From contig CBDFGR010000002.1 of assembly GCA_965247115.1 (NCBI GenBank), positions 2,153,249 to 2,217,248 of the forward strand: a stretch of 64,000 bases of DNA. Direction: 5' to 3'. The notes below the pieces were generated by a model, which had not been told where the DNA came from, made no database searches, and saw nothing but the letters and a program-made list of their open reading frames with translations. This document shows, in pieces, positions 9,601 through 18,872 of the stretch. This stretch comes from Myxococcota bacterium. GTDB taxonomy: Bacteria; Myxococcota_A; UBA9160; SZUA-336. Numbering within the stretch: position 1 is the stretch's first letter; the number at the start of each line of letters is the position of its first letter. The position numbers were made by a program, and so were the translations under genes.

Positions 9601-10757
9601 TAGATGGCGTTCCTCTTCAGCAGCTGCTTGGCGATCACCGTCTTCTGGATCTCGTTGGTGCCCTCACCGATGATCAAGAGCGGCGCGTCCCGGAAATAGC
9701 GCTCGATCGGGAACTCGAGGGTGTAGCCGTAGGCCCCGTGGATGCGCATGGCTTCAAGGGCAGCGTCCATGGCGAGCTCCGTCGCGAAGAGCTTGGCCAT
9801 CCCCGCCTCCATGTCGACCCGTTGACCCCGGTCCTTGGCCTGGGCTGCCGCGTAGGTGAGCATGCGAGCTGCTTCGAGGCGCGTCGCCATGTCCGCGAGC
9901 TTCTCCTGGATCAGCTGGTGCTCGGCGATCGGTACGCCGAAGGTCTTGCGCTCCTGCGCGTAGCGCAGGGAGGCCTCGAGGCAGGCCCGGGCGAGCCCGA
10001 CCCCGCGCGCCGCGACGTTGATGCGTCCGGTTTCGAGCCCACTCATCACGTGCTTGAAGCCGCGGCCCTCCTCGCCTCCGATCAGGTTTCCGAGTGGTAC
10101 CTCGAAGTCCTGGAAGATCAGCTCGCAGGTCTTGATGCCCTTGTAGCCGAGCTTGGGGATGTCGCGACTGATCTGGAAGCCGGGGTGGCCCTTCTCGATC
10201 ACGAACAGGCTCATGCCGCGGTGGGGCGGATCCGCGGACGTGTCCGTCTTCGCGAGCATGGCGAAGGTGTTGCCGTGGCGGGCATTCGTGATCCACATCT
10301 TGGTGCCGTTCACCACGTAGTGGTCGCCAACGCGCCGCGCGGTGGTGCGGATCGCCTGCACGTCGGTGCCGGCATCGGCCTCGGAGAGTGCGAGGCCGCC
10401 TCTCCGCTCACCCGTTGCGAAGCGCGGCAGCCACGCGCGCTTCTGCTCCTCGGTCCCGAAGTACAGCACGGCGTGGGCCATGATCAGGTGCGAGTTGATC
10501 ACGCCGGCGATCGAGATCCAGCCCCGAGCCAGCTCTTCGATGACGAGGGCGTAGGTCGTGTGGTCGAGACCGATCCCGCCGTAGGCTTCCGGGATGGTTG
10601 CGCCGAAGAGCCCGAGCTCCTTCAGGCGCTCGACGATTGCAGTTGGGTACTCGTCGCGGTGATCGAGCTCACTGGCGACCGGCGCGACCTCGATATCGAC
10701 GAACTTGCGCACGGTCTCGACGATCAGTCGCTGATCTTCACTGAGGTCCAGGAGCAT
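9600..10757 (-). CDS. Acyl-CoA dehydrogenase
   Basis: LALSEADAGTD, NGTKMWITN, IHGAYGY and IGEGTNEIQK motifs. Confidence 0.95.
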   Translation of the reverse strand: MLLDLSEDQRLIVETVRKFVDIEVAPVASELDHRDEYPTAIVERLKELGLFGATIPEAYGGIGLDHTTYALVIEELARGWISIAGVINSHLIMAHAVLYFGTEEQKRAWLPRFATGERRGGLALSEADAGTDVQAIRTTARRVGDHYVVNGTKMWITNARHGNTFAMLAKTDTSADPPHRGMSLFVIEKGHPGFQISRDIPKLGYKGIKTCELIFQDFEVPLGNLIGGEEGRGFKHVMSGLETGRINVAARGVGLARACLEASLRYAQERKTFGVPIAEHQLIQEKLADMATRLEAARMLTYAAAQAKDRGQRVDMEAGMAKLFATELAMDAALEAMRIHGAYGYTLEFPIERYFRDAPLLIIGEGTNEIQKTVIAKQLLKRNAI

Positions 10758-10856
10758 CGTTACTCTCCCCGGCTACGGATGGCGCGGGCCAGACGTATGA
10801 TGGCAGGATCGGGCGGCTATCTAAAGCCCGCCGCTCATCTGGGGTACGCTCTCGGC

Positions 10857-12053
10857 ATGCCACCAGAACAGACCCTCCCGGACGGTCGCGAGCATCCCCT
10901 CTCCGACGTGCGCGTCATCGATCTCACCCAGTACGAGGCGGGTCCCTCCGCGACCCAGCTCCTCGCATGGCTCGGCGCGGATGTGATCAAGGTGGAGCCT
11001 CCCGGCGGCGACCCTGCGCGACAGCTCGCAGGGGCGACGCCGGAACGCGACAGCGCGTTCTTCGTGCTCTACAACCAGAGCAAGCGGAGCGTCGTGCTCG
11101 ATCTGGCCAAGGACGGGGGGCGTAGGCAGCTCGACCGACTGCTCGAGAGCGCGGACGTTCTGGCCGAGAACTTCGCGCCCGGCACCCTCGCGCGGCTCGG
11201 CCTGGCGCCCGAGCGGCTCGGTGAGGCGTTCCCGCGTCTGGTCGTCGCCTCGATCCGCGGCTACCGCTCCGGGGGGCCGTGGTCGGACTACAAGTCGCTC
11301 GATTTTGTCGGACAGGCCACTGGGGGCGGGATGAGCGTCACCGGCGAGGCCGATCGGCCCCCCGTCCGCATGGGTTCGACCGTCGCAGACAGCGGCAGCG
11401 GTGTGCACCTCGCGCTCGGGATCCTGGCCGCTCTGCACCGGCGCTTTCGCACGGGCCGTGGGGGCCGCGTTGAGGTCGCGCTGCAGGACGCCGTACTGAA
11501 CCTGACGCGCACGGCGCTCGTGCCCACCTACGTAACGGGCGCACCGAACGTGCGCAGCGGCGACCGCTACGTCGGATCCGCGCCGAGCGGTGTGTTCGCC
11601 TGCCGGCCGGGCGGGCCGAACGACTACGTCTACATCCTGCTCTCGTCACGGCGCCACTGGGAGGCGCTGCTGCGCGCGATCGAGCGCCAGGACCTGCGAG
11701 ACGATCCGCGCTACGCGCGCCAGTCGCAGCGCAACGCCCGTGAGGACGAGGTCTGCGAGATCGTCAGTGCCTGGACGCGTCGTCACGACAAGATCGCGGC
11801 CATGGAGCGCCTGTCGGAGTTCGGCGTGGCCTGCGGGGCGGTGCTCGATACGGGAGAAGTGCTGCAGAACCGGCACCTGCGCGAATCCGGCATGATCGTG
11901 GAGCAGGATCAGCCGGGCTGGGGGCGCCTTGCGCTACCGGGCTGCCCCATTCGGCTGGACGGCCCGCCGCCGCCGATCACCCCAGCACCCGCTCTGGGCG
12001 CCGATACGGGGGAGCTGCTCGACGAGCTCGACGAGGGCAGTGATGATGCCTAG
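10857..12053 (+). CDS. Family III CoA-transferase (formyl-CoA transferase-like)
   Basis: VRVIDLTQYEAGPSATQLLAWLGADVIKVEPP. The real start is probably ATG 10857, not 9738. Confidence 0.9.
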   Translation: MPPEQTLPDGREHPLSDVRVIDLTQYEAGPSATQLLAWLGADVIKVEPPGGDPARQLAGATPERDSAFFVLYNQSKRSVVLDLAKDGGRRQLDRLLESADVLAENFAPGTLARLGLAPERLGEAFPRLVVASIRGYRSGGPWSDYKSLDFVGQATGGGMSVTGEADRPPVRMGSTVADSGSGVHLALGILAALHRRFRTGRGGRVEVALQDAVLNLTRTALVPTYVTGAPNVRSGDRYVGSAPSGVFACRPGGPNDYVYILLSSRRHWEALLRAIERQDLRDDPRYARQSQRNAREDEVCEIVSAWTRRHDKIAAMERLSEFGVACGAVLDTGEVLQNRHLRESGMIVEQDQPGWGRLALPGCPIRLDGPPPPITPAPALGADTGELLDELDEGSDDA

Positions 12054-14587
12054 TTCCCGAAACGATACCGCAGCTTGACTACGAAGTTCTCGACGATGGG
12101 ATCTTCGAAGGCATCGCTGAACAGATCGGAGAAGTCGGAATCACCGCTTTGCAGCAGGCTGTTCCCCAGGTTGTAGACCAGATAGAGATCCGTCAGCGGG
12201 GCGATCTCCCAACGATAACGCAGCTGCGTGGTGAGGATATTCACGGTGAAATCGTGATCGGGTAAGGTAGGCGGCGCCGATACCAGATCTCCATCGCCGA
12301 CAGGCACCTCGAAGAACCCGCGCTCAGCGGCTCGCACGCCTACCCACTGCAGCGACATGCGCAGCTCGTGCCTGGGCGCAATGAACCAGCTCACAGCCAC
12401 GTTCGTTTGCCAATCTCGCGCGTGGTAGCTACCGAAGTTGCGCCCTCCCTGGTAGACGATCCAACCGTGGCGATGCTTGTAGCGCACGTCCAGGTCGACT
12501 GAGAGCCAGTCACTCGGACGATAGGTGACACCAGCGGCCGCGTTGTAGGACCAGTCACCGAGATTCTCCTGCAGCACACCGATGCTTGCCGAGTAACTCA
12601 GCTTCCGGGCCGAATCCGTGGCGATCTGAATATCTGCCCACCAACGGTCTTCGGTTCTGTAGGCGCCATTCCCGCGGCTATCGACGTCCTCCCACCGCTT
12701 GGGCATGTAAGCGAGCGCGGTCTTGAGCGTGTTGCGGCCTGGCAGGACCATCGAGTTTCGCCAGAACACGCCGCTGTCCACGACTTGCCCTTCGCTCTTG
12801 TTGTATTCCTGGCGAAAGGCAACGGTACCCCGAACGTCTTCGAAGTAGCGGGTAGCCTTGGGCTTGTTGTAGGAAAAGACGTACTGGGCAGCGAAGTAGT
12901 CGTTCCGGCGAAGGAAGCCTGCGTCGTCGAGCTCGACGTCTTCGTCAAAGAAGTCGAGCTCAAGCTTGTGCTGAATGCGATGACTCTGTGCGTACCTGAT
13001 ATCGAAGAGCGCGCCGTAACCCGTTCGATCGTCAACATCACTGGCTACGAGCTGAGCATCTGCGATCCACCGGCCGTTGGCGCTCGTGAAGTGACCATCC
13101 ACGCCGTGGACGACCGCATCATATGCCGGTCCGCTCACGAGCGTGCCGAGGTAACCAACGGACTTGCGGCTGCTGCCAATACCTTCAAAGAGGATTCGAC
13201 CCACGGCGAAGTCCCGGCCCGAGTCCTTGATATCGGCGCTGTTGCCAAAGGCGTCTGTGCCGAACCACTTGACATCGTCCTCGGACGCGCCGAGTGCTCC
13301 ATAGCGCAGGTTCCCGACGGTTCCGGTCAATTTGCCCGCGCCGAGCAGATCGGTGGGTAGATCCCGCTCGCCCGGGTCAGGTGTGATGCCGTTCGGCACC
13401 GTCACCTGAGTGGCGGTCCCACCAATGCGGCGAGTGTTCAGCAACGATATCGGCGGCGGGAGAAACTCGGACCGAGAGACGTTCCGAGACGTGGTCGCGA
13501 AATTGTCGTTGGTCAGCAGGGTCAAGGTGTTGTAAAAGCTCGAACGAGGGGTCGACTCGAAGACCTGGTCGCCTTCCAGGAAGAACACCCGTTTCTCGGG
13601 AAAGAACGTCTCGAATGCGGTCAGGTTGAGGACCACGTCATCGGCTTCCACGGCCCCGAAGTCCGGATACGCACTAGCGGTCAACCCGAGCGCGGGTGAA
13701 GGTCTCCAGAAGAGGTCGGCACCCGCTCGAGCCTCGTCCTCGTCTCGGGCCTGGTCTACGGTGATGGAGCTGTACGGGATGGCGTAATACTGCTGCCTCG
13801 CCTCCACGCCGGTGACTTCCATCGTGTTCAAGGCGGTCACGAATCGAGACGACGCATACGGATAGCCGGGCCATTGGTACTGCTCGTTGGTATGTGAGAC
13901 CTGTCGGTTCGTCGAAAAGCCGATCGTTCGCGGCCCATCGACCTTCGGCAGGTCCATCATCGACCACGGCAGCAGCAGCTCGACACTCCAGCCGTCTTCA
14001 AACCGGGCGGTCTTGCCGATCCAGGGTCCATCCCAGTCACCCTCGTACTCAGACTCTGGCAGCACCTTGCCATCCATCAGCGAATCGCCGAGCCCAATGA
14101 TGAACCAGTACGCAAACAGACCCTGACCTGTGGTGTCGAGCGTGATCCCAAAGCTATCGCGATCGATGAAGTTGTCGCGCTTCGACATCCGAGCAACCAA
14201 CGTGTCCGGCGGCTGATACAGGACCGCACTGACGAAGAGCCCACGATCTGTAGCCAGAAGCCGCAGCTCGGTGGGGTATTGCGCCGGTTCACTGGTACCA
14301 GGTACGTAAACCAACATGTTGTCGTAGTGGGGCACTTGCTGCCAGATAGGCTCGTCGACTCGCCCGTCAACGACGATCGTGGCGTCGCGGTCAGGATGAC
14401 TCTGCACCACGATGTGATGGTGCGGTATGCCTTCGACATACCCGATGACTTCCTGACGACCGCTGGTTGCAGCAAAGGCCGGTGCGACCACGAAAGCCGC
14501 GCACAGAGCCGCAACGGCTCCGAGGATGGCCCCAACGGAGAGGGCCCGGGGAGTCATCCGCGGTTGGGGCATTGAGCATTTGCTCAT
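12050..14587 (-). CDS. DUF5916-type outer-membrane protein with N-terminal CBM9-like domain
   Basis: Signal peptide; IVVDGRVDEPIW; PDFGAVEADDVVLNLTAFETFFPEKRVFFLEG; C-terminal FVVKLRYRFGN. Confidence 0.8.
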   Translation of the reverse strand: MSKCSMPQPRMTPRALSVGAILGAVAALCAAFVVAPAFAATSGRQEVIGYVEGIPHHHIVVQSHPDRDATIVVDGRVDEPIWQQVPHYDNMLVYVPGTSEPAQYPTELRLLATDRGLFVSAVLYQPPDTLVARMSKRDNFIDRDSFGITLDTTGQGLFAYWFIIGLGDSLMDGKVLPESEYEGDWDGPWIGKTARFEDGWSVELLLPWSMMDLPKVDGPRTIGFSTNRQVSHTNEQYQWPGYPYASSRFVTALNTMEVTGVEARQQYYAIPYSSITVDQARDEDEARAGADLFWRPSPALGLTASAYPDFGAVEADDVVLNLTAFETFFPEKRVFFLEGDQVFESTPRSSFYNTLTLLTNDNFATTSRNVSRSEFLPPPISLLNTRRIGGTATQVTVPNGITPDPGERDLPTDLLGAGKLTGTVGNLRYGALGASEDDVKWFGTDAFGNSADIKDSGRDFAVGRILFEGIGSSRKSVGYLGTLVSGPAYDAVVHGVDGHFTSANGRWIADAQLVASDVDDRTGYGALFDIRYAQSHRIQHKLELDFFDEDVELDDAGFLRRNDYFAAQYVFSYNKPKATRYFEDVRGTVAFRQEYNKSEGQVVDSGVFWRNSMVLPGRNTLKTALAYMPKRWEDVDSRGNGAYRTEDRWWADIQIATDSARKLSYSASIGVLQENLGDWSYNAAAGVTYRPSDWLSVDLDVRYKHRHGWIVYQGGRNFGSYHARDWQTNVAVSWFIAPRHELRMSLQWVGVRAAERGFFEVPVGDGDLVSAPPTLPDHDFTVNILTTQLRYRWEIAPLTDLYLVYNLGNSLLQSGDSDFSDLFSDAFEDPIVENFVVKLRYRFGN

Positions 14588-14646
14588 CTTTTGTTCGCCA
14601 GGATGGCAGCGGACGAGCCGAGGGTCAAGGCAGGGTTGGGGGACGC

Positions 14647-15920
14647 CTAGTTCCCGAAACGATACCGGAGCTTGACTACGAAGTTCTCGACAATGGGATC
14701 TTTGAAGGCGTCGCTGAACAGCTCGGAGAAGTCGGAATCACCGTTTCACAGCAAGCTGTTACCCAGGTTGTAGACCAGATAGAGATCCGTCAACGGAGCT
14801 ATCTCCCAGCGATAGCGCACCTGCGCGGTGAGGATGTTCACCGTGAAGTCGTGATCGGGTAACGTGCGTTGCGCCGGTACCAGCTCTCCATCGCCGACAG
14901 GCACCTCGAAGAAACCCCGCTCATCAGCTCGTACCCCCACCCACTGCAACGACACTCGCAGCTTGTGCTGGGGCGCGATGAACCAGTTCACGTCGAGGCT
15001 CGGACGCACTGCCGGTGAAGCCGAGCGCGGGGGAGGGTTTCCAGAATAGGTCGGCACCCGCTCGAACCTCGTCTTCATTCCGGGCCTGGTCGATGGTGAT
15101 GGAGCTGTACGGAATGGTAGTACTGCTGCCTCGACTCTATGCCGCTGACTTCCATCGTATTCAAGGCGGTGACGAGTCGCGACGACGCGTACGGATAGCC
15201 GGGCCACTGGTACTGCTCGGTGGTATGGGAGACCTGGCGGTTCGTCGCAAAGCCGAACGTTCGCGGCCCATCGATCTTGGGCAGGTCCATCATCGACCAC
15301 GGCAGCAGCAGCTCGACACTCCAGCCGCCTTCGAAGCGGGCGGTCTTGGCGATCCAGGTTCCATCCCAGTCACTCTGGTATTCATACTCTGGCAGGACCT
15401 TGCCATCCGTCAGCGAGTCGCCGAGCGCGGTGATGAACCAGTACGCAAACAGACCCTGGCCCGTGGTGTCGAGCGTGAATCCGAAGCTATCGCGATCGAT
15501 GAAGTCGTCGCGGTTCGTCATGCGAGCAACCAACGTGTCCGGAGGCTGATACAGGACCGCACTGACGAAGAGTCCCTGATCCGTGGCGAAGAGGCGCAAC
15601 TCGGTGGGGTACTGCGCCGGCGCACTGGTGCCCGGGACGTACACCAGCATGTTGTCGTAGCGGGGCAGCTGCTGCCAGAGGGGCTCGTCGACTCGCCCGT
15701 CGATGACGATCTGGGCTTCGTTTTCGGGAAGAGTCGATACCACGATGTGATGGTGCGGTACGCCCTCGACGTAGCCGATGATCTCCTGACGACCGCTGGT
15801 TGCAGCGAAGGCCGGAGGGACCACGAAGGCCAGGCACAGAGCCGCAACGGTCCGGAGGACGGCCCCGACAGAAAGGGCCCGGGGATTCACCCGCGGTTGG
15901 GGCCTTGAGCATTTGCTCAT
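14647..15920 (-). pseudogene. Decayed tandem paralogue of the DUF5916 gene
   Basis: Both ends are highly similar to 12050-14587. It has an internal deletion of about 1.27 kb near 14990-15005, a 2-nt frameshift near 15118 and a premature TGA at 14746-14748. Confidence 0.88.
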
Positions 15921-16010
15921 CTTTGCCGCCAGGATGCCGGTGGACGACTCGAGGGTCAAGGCAGGTATGATGGTCGTCAGAACCCGAATTCCCAAGGTTG
16001 GAGGGGTACG

Positions 16011-18023
16011 ATGGACGCTCACGTGGTGGAACCAACAGCTGCCGAGGCACGGGCTCGACGAATCCTGCTAGCGGGCCTCTGCTTGGGCCTCGTCGCAGTG
16101 CATGCTGGCTCGCTCCATGCCCAGCAGTCGACGGCCCATGGGGAATGGAGTAGCTACGGAGGAGACAAAGCAAACACGAAGTATTCCCCTCTGGCTCAGA
16201 TCGATCGTGACAACGTCAGCAAGCTTCGCGTTCTGTGGCGCCGGCCAGCCGTAGATCCAGGGATCATCGAGGCGTTTCCCGACCTCGACCCATCCAACAC
16301 TTTCCAGTCGACCCCGCTCATGCTTGGCGGTGTGCTCTATGCGCCGAACGGTGTCGGGCTGGTGGAAGCGTTCGATCCCGGGACCGGTGAGTCGCTCTGG
16401 ATTCAGGAGCCGCTCCATGAGGGATTTCAGGGCGTGGCCGGGCGCGGCACGCGGGGGGTCGCTCACTGGCGCGACGGTTCGGGCCAACGAATCTTCTCGG
16501 TGCGAGGCAAATATCTCGTGTCGATGAGCGCGGAGACCGGGAGCCTGGTTCGAGACTTTGGCGACCGCGGGAAGGTGGACCTCTCGAGAGACGGCCCCAG
16601 TGGGCCGTTTCCCGCCGGCGGGACGTCAGGCCCCGTCGTTGTGGGCGACGTGGTCATCGTCGGCGGTGCCGGCGCCGACGATTTCGGGGTGCGGCAGGAG
16701 GCAGCTGCGGAAGATGTCCGGGGCTATGACGTGCGGACCGGCCGTCTGCGCTGGACCTTCCATGTGCTGCCGCGGCCGGGGGAATTCGGCTTCGAGACAT
16801 GGGAGAACGACTCCTGGAAGGCCGGCGGGGCGATGGGCGCCTGGCCACCACTCACAGTGGATGAGGAGCTCGGCTACATCTATTTGCCACTGTCGTCCCC
16901 GATGCACGCCTTCTACGGCGGCGACCGGCCCGGGCAGAATCTCTTTGGCAACAGCCTCGTGTGCCTCGACGCCAAGACCGGCGAGCGGGTGTGGCACTAC
17001 CAGCTCGTGCATCACGACCTGTGGGACTACGAGCTGGCGTCGGCTCCTGTGCTCGGCGACATCACCGTCGACGGGAAGCCCATCAAGGCGGTGATGCAGA
17101 TCACCAAGCAGGGCTTCCTGTTCGTGTTTGACCGCGCGACGGGTGAGCCGGTGTGGCCGATTGAAGAGCGGCCGGTGCCGGCGTCTACAACGCCGGGGGA
17201 GAGGGCATGGCCGACGCAGCCTTTCCCGACCAAGCCCGCCCCGTTCGACCGTCAGGGGGCGACCATTGACGATCTGATCGACTTCACGCCGGAGCTGCGC
17301 GCCGAGGCGCTCGAGATTGTCAAGCCGTACGTGCTGGGGCCGCTCTTCACGCCGCCGTCGGTGGCGGCGCAGGGGCATACCCAGGGTACGATCAGCGTCC
17401 CCGGGGCGTTCGGTGCCGGGAACTGGCAGGGTGGGGCGTTCGAGCCCGAGACCGGAATCTTCTATATCGCCTCGCACACGAACCCGTACGTGAACGATCT
17501 CATCAGGCCCGCCCCGCTGCTCGAGGCGACGACGCCCTACACCCATGGCCCAGAGGGGGCGCCGCTCGCGGAGACCGAGTGCTGTGAGCAGTACGATGTC
17601 TATGGTCCGGAAGGTCTACCGCTCTTCAAGCCGCCCTACGGGCGCATTACGGCGATCGATATGAATACGGGCGAGCACGTGTGGATGGCGCCGAACGGAG
17701 ACGGGCCGCGCGATCACCCGCGGTTGCGGCACCTGAATCTGCCTCCCCTCGGGCAGCAAGGCCGCCCGGCTCCTCTACTCACGAAGACGCTGCTCTTCAT
17801 TGGTGAGGGCGATCCGATCATCGGTGGGACCCCGAAAGGCGGTGGGGGAAAGAAGTTTCGCGCCTACGACAAGGCCACGGGCAGCGTCCTGTGGGAAACC
17901 GAGCTGGAGGCAGGTACCACCGGGGCGCCGATGAGCTATCTGTGGAACGGCAAGCAGTACATCGTGGTAGCCATCGGAGGTGAGGATCACGCCGCTGAGT
18001 GGGTCGCGCTGGGTCTCCCCTGA
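16011..18023 (+). CDS. PQQ-dependent (glucose/quinate-type) dehydrogenase, secreted
   Basis: YSPLAQIDRDNVSKL, WHYQLVHHDLWDY, GEPVWPIEERPVP and PPYGRITAID motifs; signal peptide. Confidence 0.92.
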   Translation: MDAHVVEPTAAEARARRILLAGLCLGLVAVHAGSLHAQQSTAHGEWSSYGGDKANTKYSPLAQIDRDNVSKLRVLWRRPAVDPGIIEAFPDLDPSNTFQSTPLMLGGVLYAPNGVGLVEAFDPGTGESLWIQEPLHEGFQGVAGRGTRGVAHWRDGSGQRIFSVRGKYLVSMSAETGSLVRDFGDRGKVDLSRDGPSGPFPAGGTSGPVVVGDVVIVGGAGADDFGVRQEAAAEDVRGYDVRTGRLRWTFHVLPRPGEFGFETWENDSWKAGGAMGAWPPLTVDEELGYIYLPLSSPMHAFYGGDRPGQNLFGNSLVCLDAKTGERVWHYQLVHHDLWDYELASAPVLGDITVDGKPIKAVMQITKQGFLFVFDRATGEPVWPIEERPVPASTTPGERAWPTQPFPTKPAPFDRQGATIDDLIDFTPELRAEALEIVKPYVLGPLFTPPSVAAQGHTQGTISVPGAFGAGNWQGGAFEPETGIFYIASHTNPYVNDLIRPAPLLEATTPYTHGPEGAPLAETECCEQYDVYGPEGLPLFKPPYGRITAIDMNTGEHVWMAPNGDGPRDHPRLRHLNLPPLGQQGRPAPLLTKTLLFIGEGDPIIGGTPKGGGGKKFRAYDKATGSVLWETELEAGTTGAPMSYLWNGKQYIVVAIGGEDHAAEWVALGLP

Positions 18024-18070
18024 GGCGCTGAGCGCGACCGCAGGACGCACGCCTGCCTCCAAGCCTGGAG

Positions 18071-18778
18071 CTAGTCGAGATACCTGGCCAGGTGGGAGTA
18101 GAGCATCTCGCGTGCCTCGCGGCGGAGCTCGTTGGCATGTTGCGCGTGCCTGCCTCTCGCGAGATCTTGGACGAGGGTGGAGGTGGAGCAGAAGAGCTCC
18201 CCGACGTAGAGGAGCTGCCTTCTCGGAGCCTTGACTCCACGCCGCTCCGCAGCCTTCGCGAACTGCCGGGCCAGGGTCCGGTCGGCCTGCCTGTCTACGG
18301 CCCGCAGCTCCGGAAGGGCGGAGATCGCTTTTCGTATCGCCACGAAGCCGGGCAGCTCGGCAGTTCTCCTGGCGTACTCCGCACCATAGCCACGGAGAAC
18401 CTCGCGCCAGTCTCGATCGAGATCGGCCAGACCCTCGAAGCGTTGGAACGCCGCAACCTCTGCAGCGACGGTGCGCAGCGCCAACGCCGTCAGAATCGTG
18501 AACTTGTCCTCGAAGTAGATGTAGATGGCGCTTACGGGGATCCCGGCCCGCTCGGCGATCAGGTTCGTGTTGAACCCGTCCACCCCCTCGTCCTCGAGGA
18601 CCTCTGCCGCGGTCTGGAGGATGAGACCGATGCGCTTCTTCGCGCGCTCCTGGATCGGCTGCGACCGCAGGATCCCCGCTAGGTCCTCGATGCTGCTGCT
18701 CAAACGCTCGGCCCTTTCAAAGACTCCGATTGACGAAGAGGAGTACTGGAGAGTATCGTCAGGATCAAAACTGAGCAA
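18071..18778 (-). CDS. TetR/AcrR family transcriptional regulator (start uncertain)
   Basis: PIQERA...ILQTAAEVLEDEGVDGFNTNLIAERAGIPVSAIYIYFEDK helix-turn-helix. Confidence 0.88.
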   Translation of the reverse strand: MLSFDPDDTLQYSSSSIGVFERAERLSSSIEDLAGILRSQPIQERAKKRIGLILQTAAEVLEDEGVDGFNTNLIAERAGIPVSAIYIYFEDKFTILTALALRTVAAEVAAFQRFEGLADLDRDWREVLRGYGAEYARRTAELPGFVAIRKAISALPELRAVDRQADRTLARQFAKAAERRGVKAPRRQLLYVGELFCSTSTLVQDLARGRHAQHANELRREAREMLYSHLARYLD

Positions 18779-18872
18779 ATACTCTAACCCGCGTTACGAG
18801 CCCGCGTAACCCTGGTACCGCTCCGCGCCCTGCCCGTGGTAACGTCCCGGATCTGATTTCTCAGGGGATTTC

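Noticed and set aside
14746..14748. In-frame TGA as selenocysteine
   Set aside because: It aligns to Gln in the intact paralogue, and the gene is already broken by a deletion and a frameshift.
18793..18810. GTTACG-N6-CGTAAC palindrome as TetR operator
   Set aside because: The position is plausible, but 6-bp arms are too weak to report as a feature.
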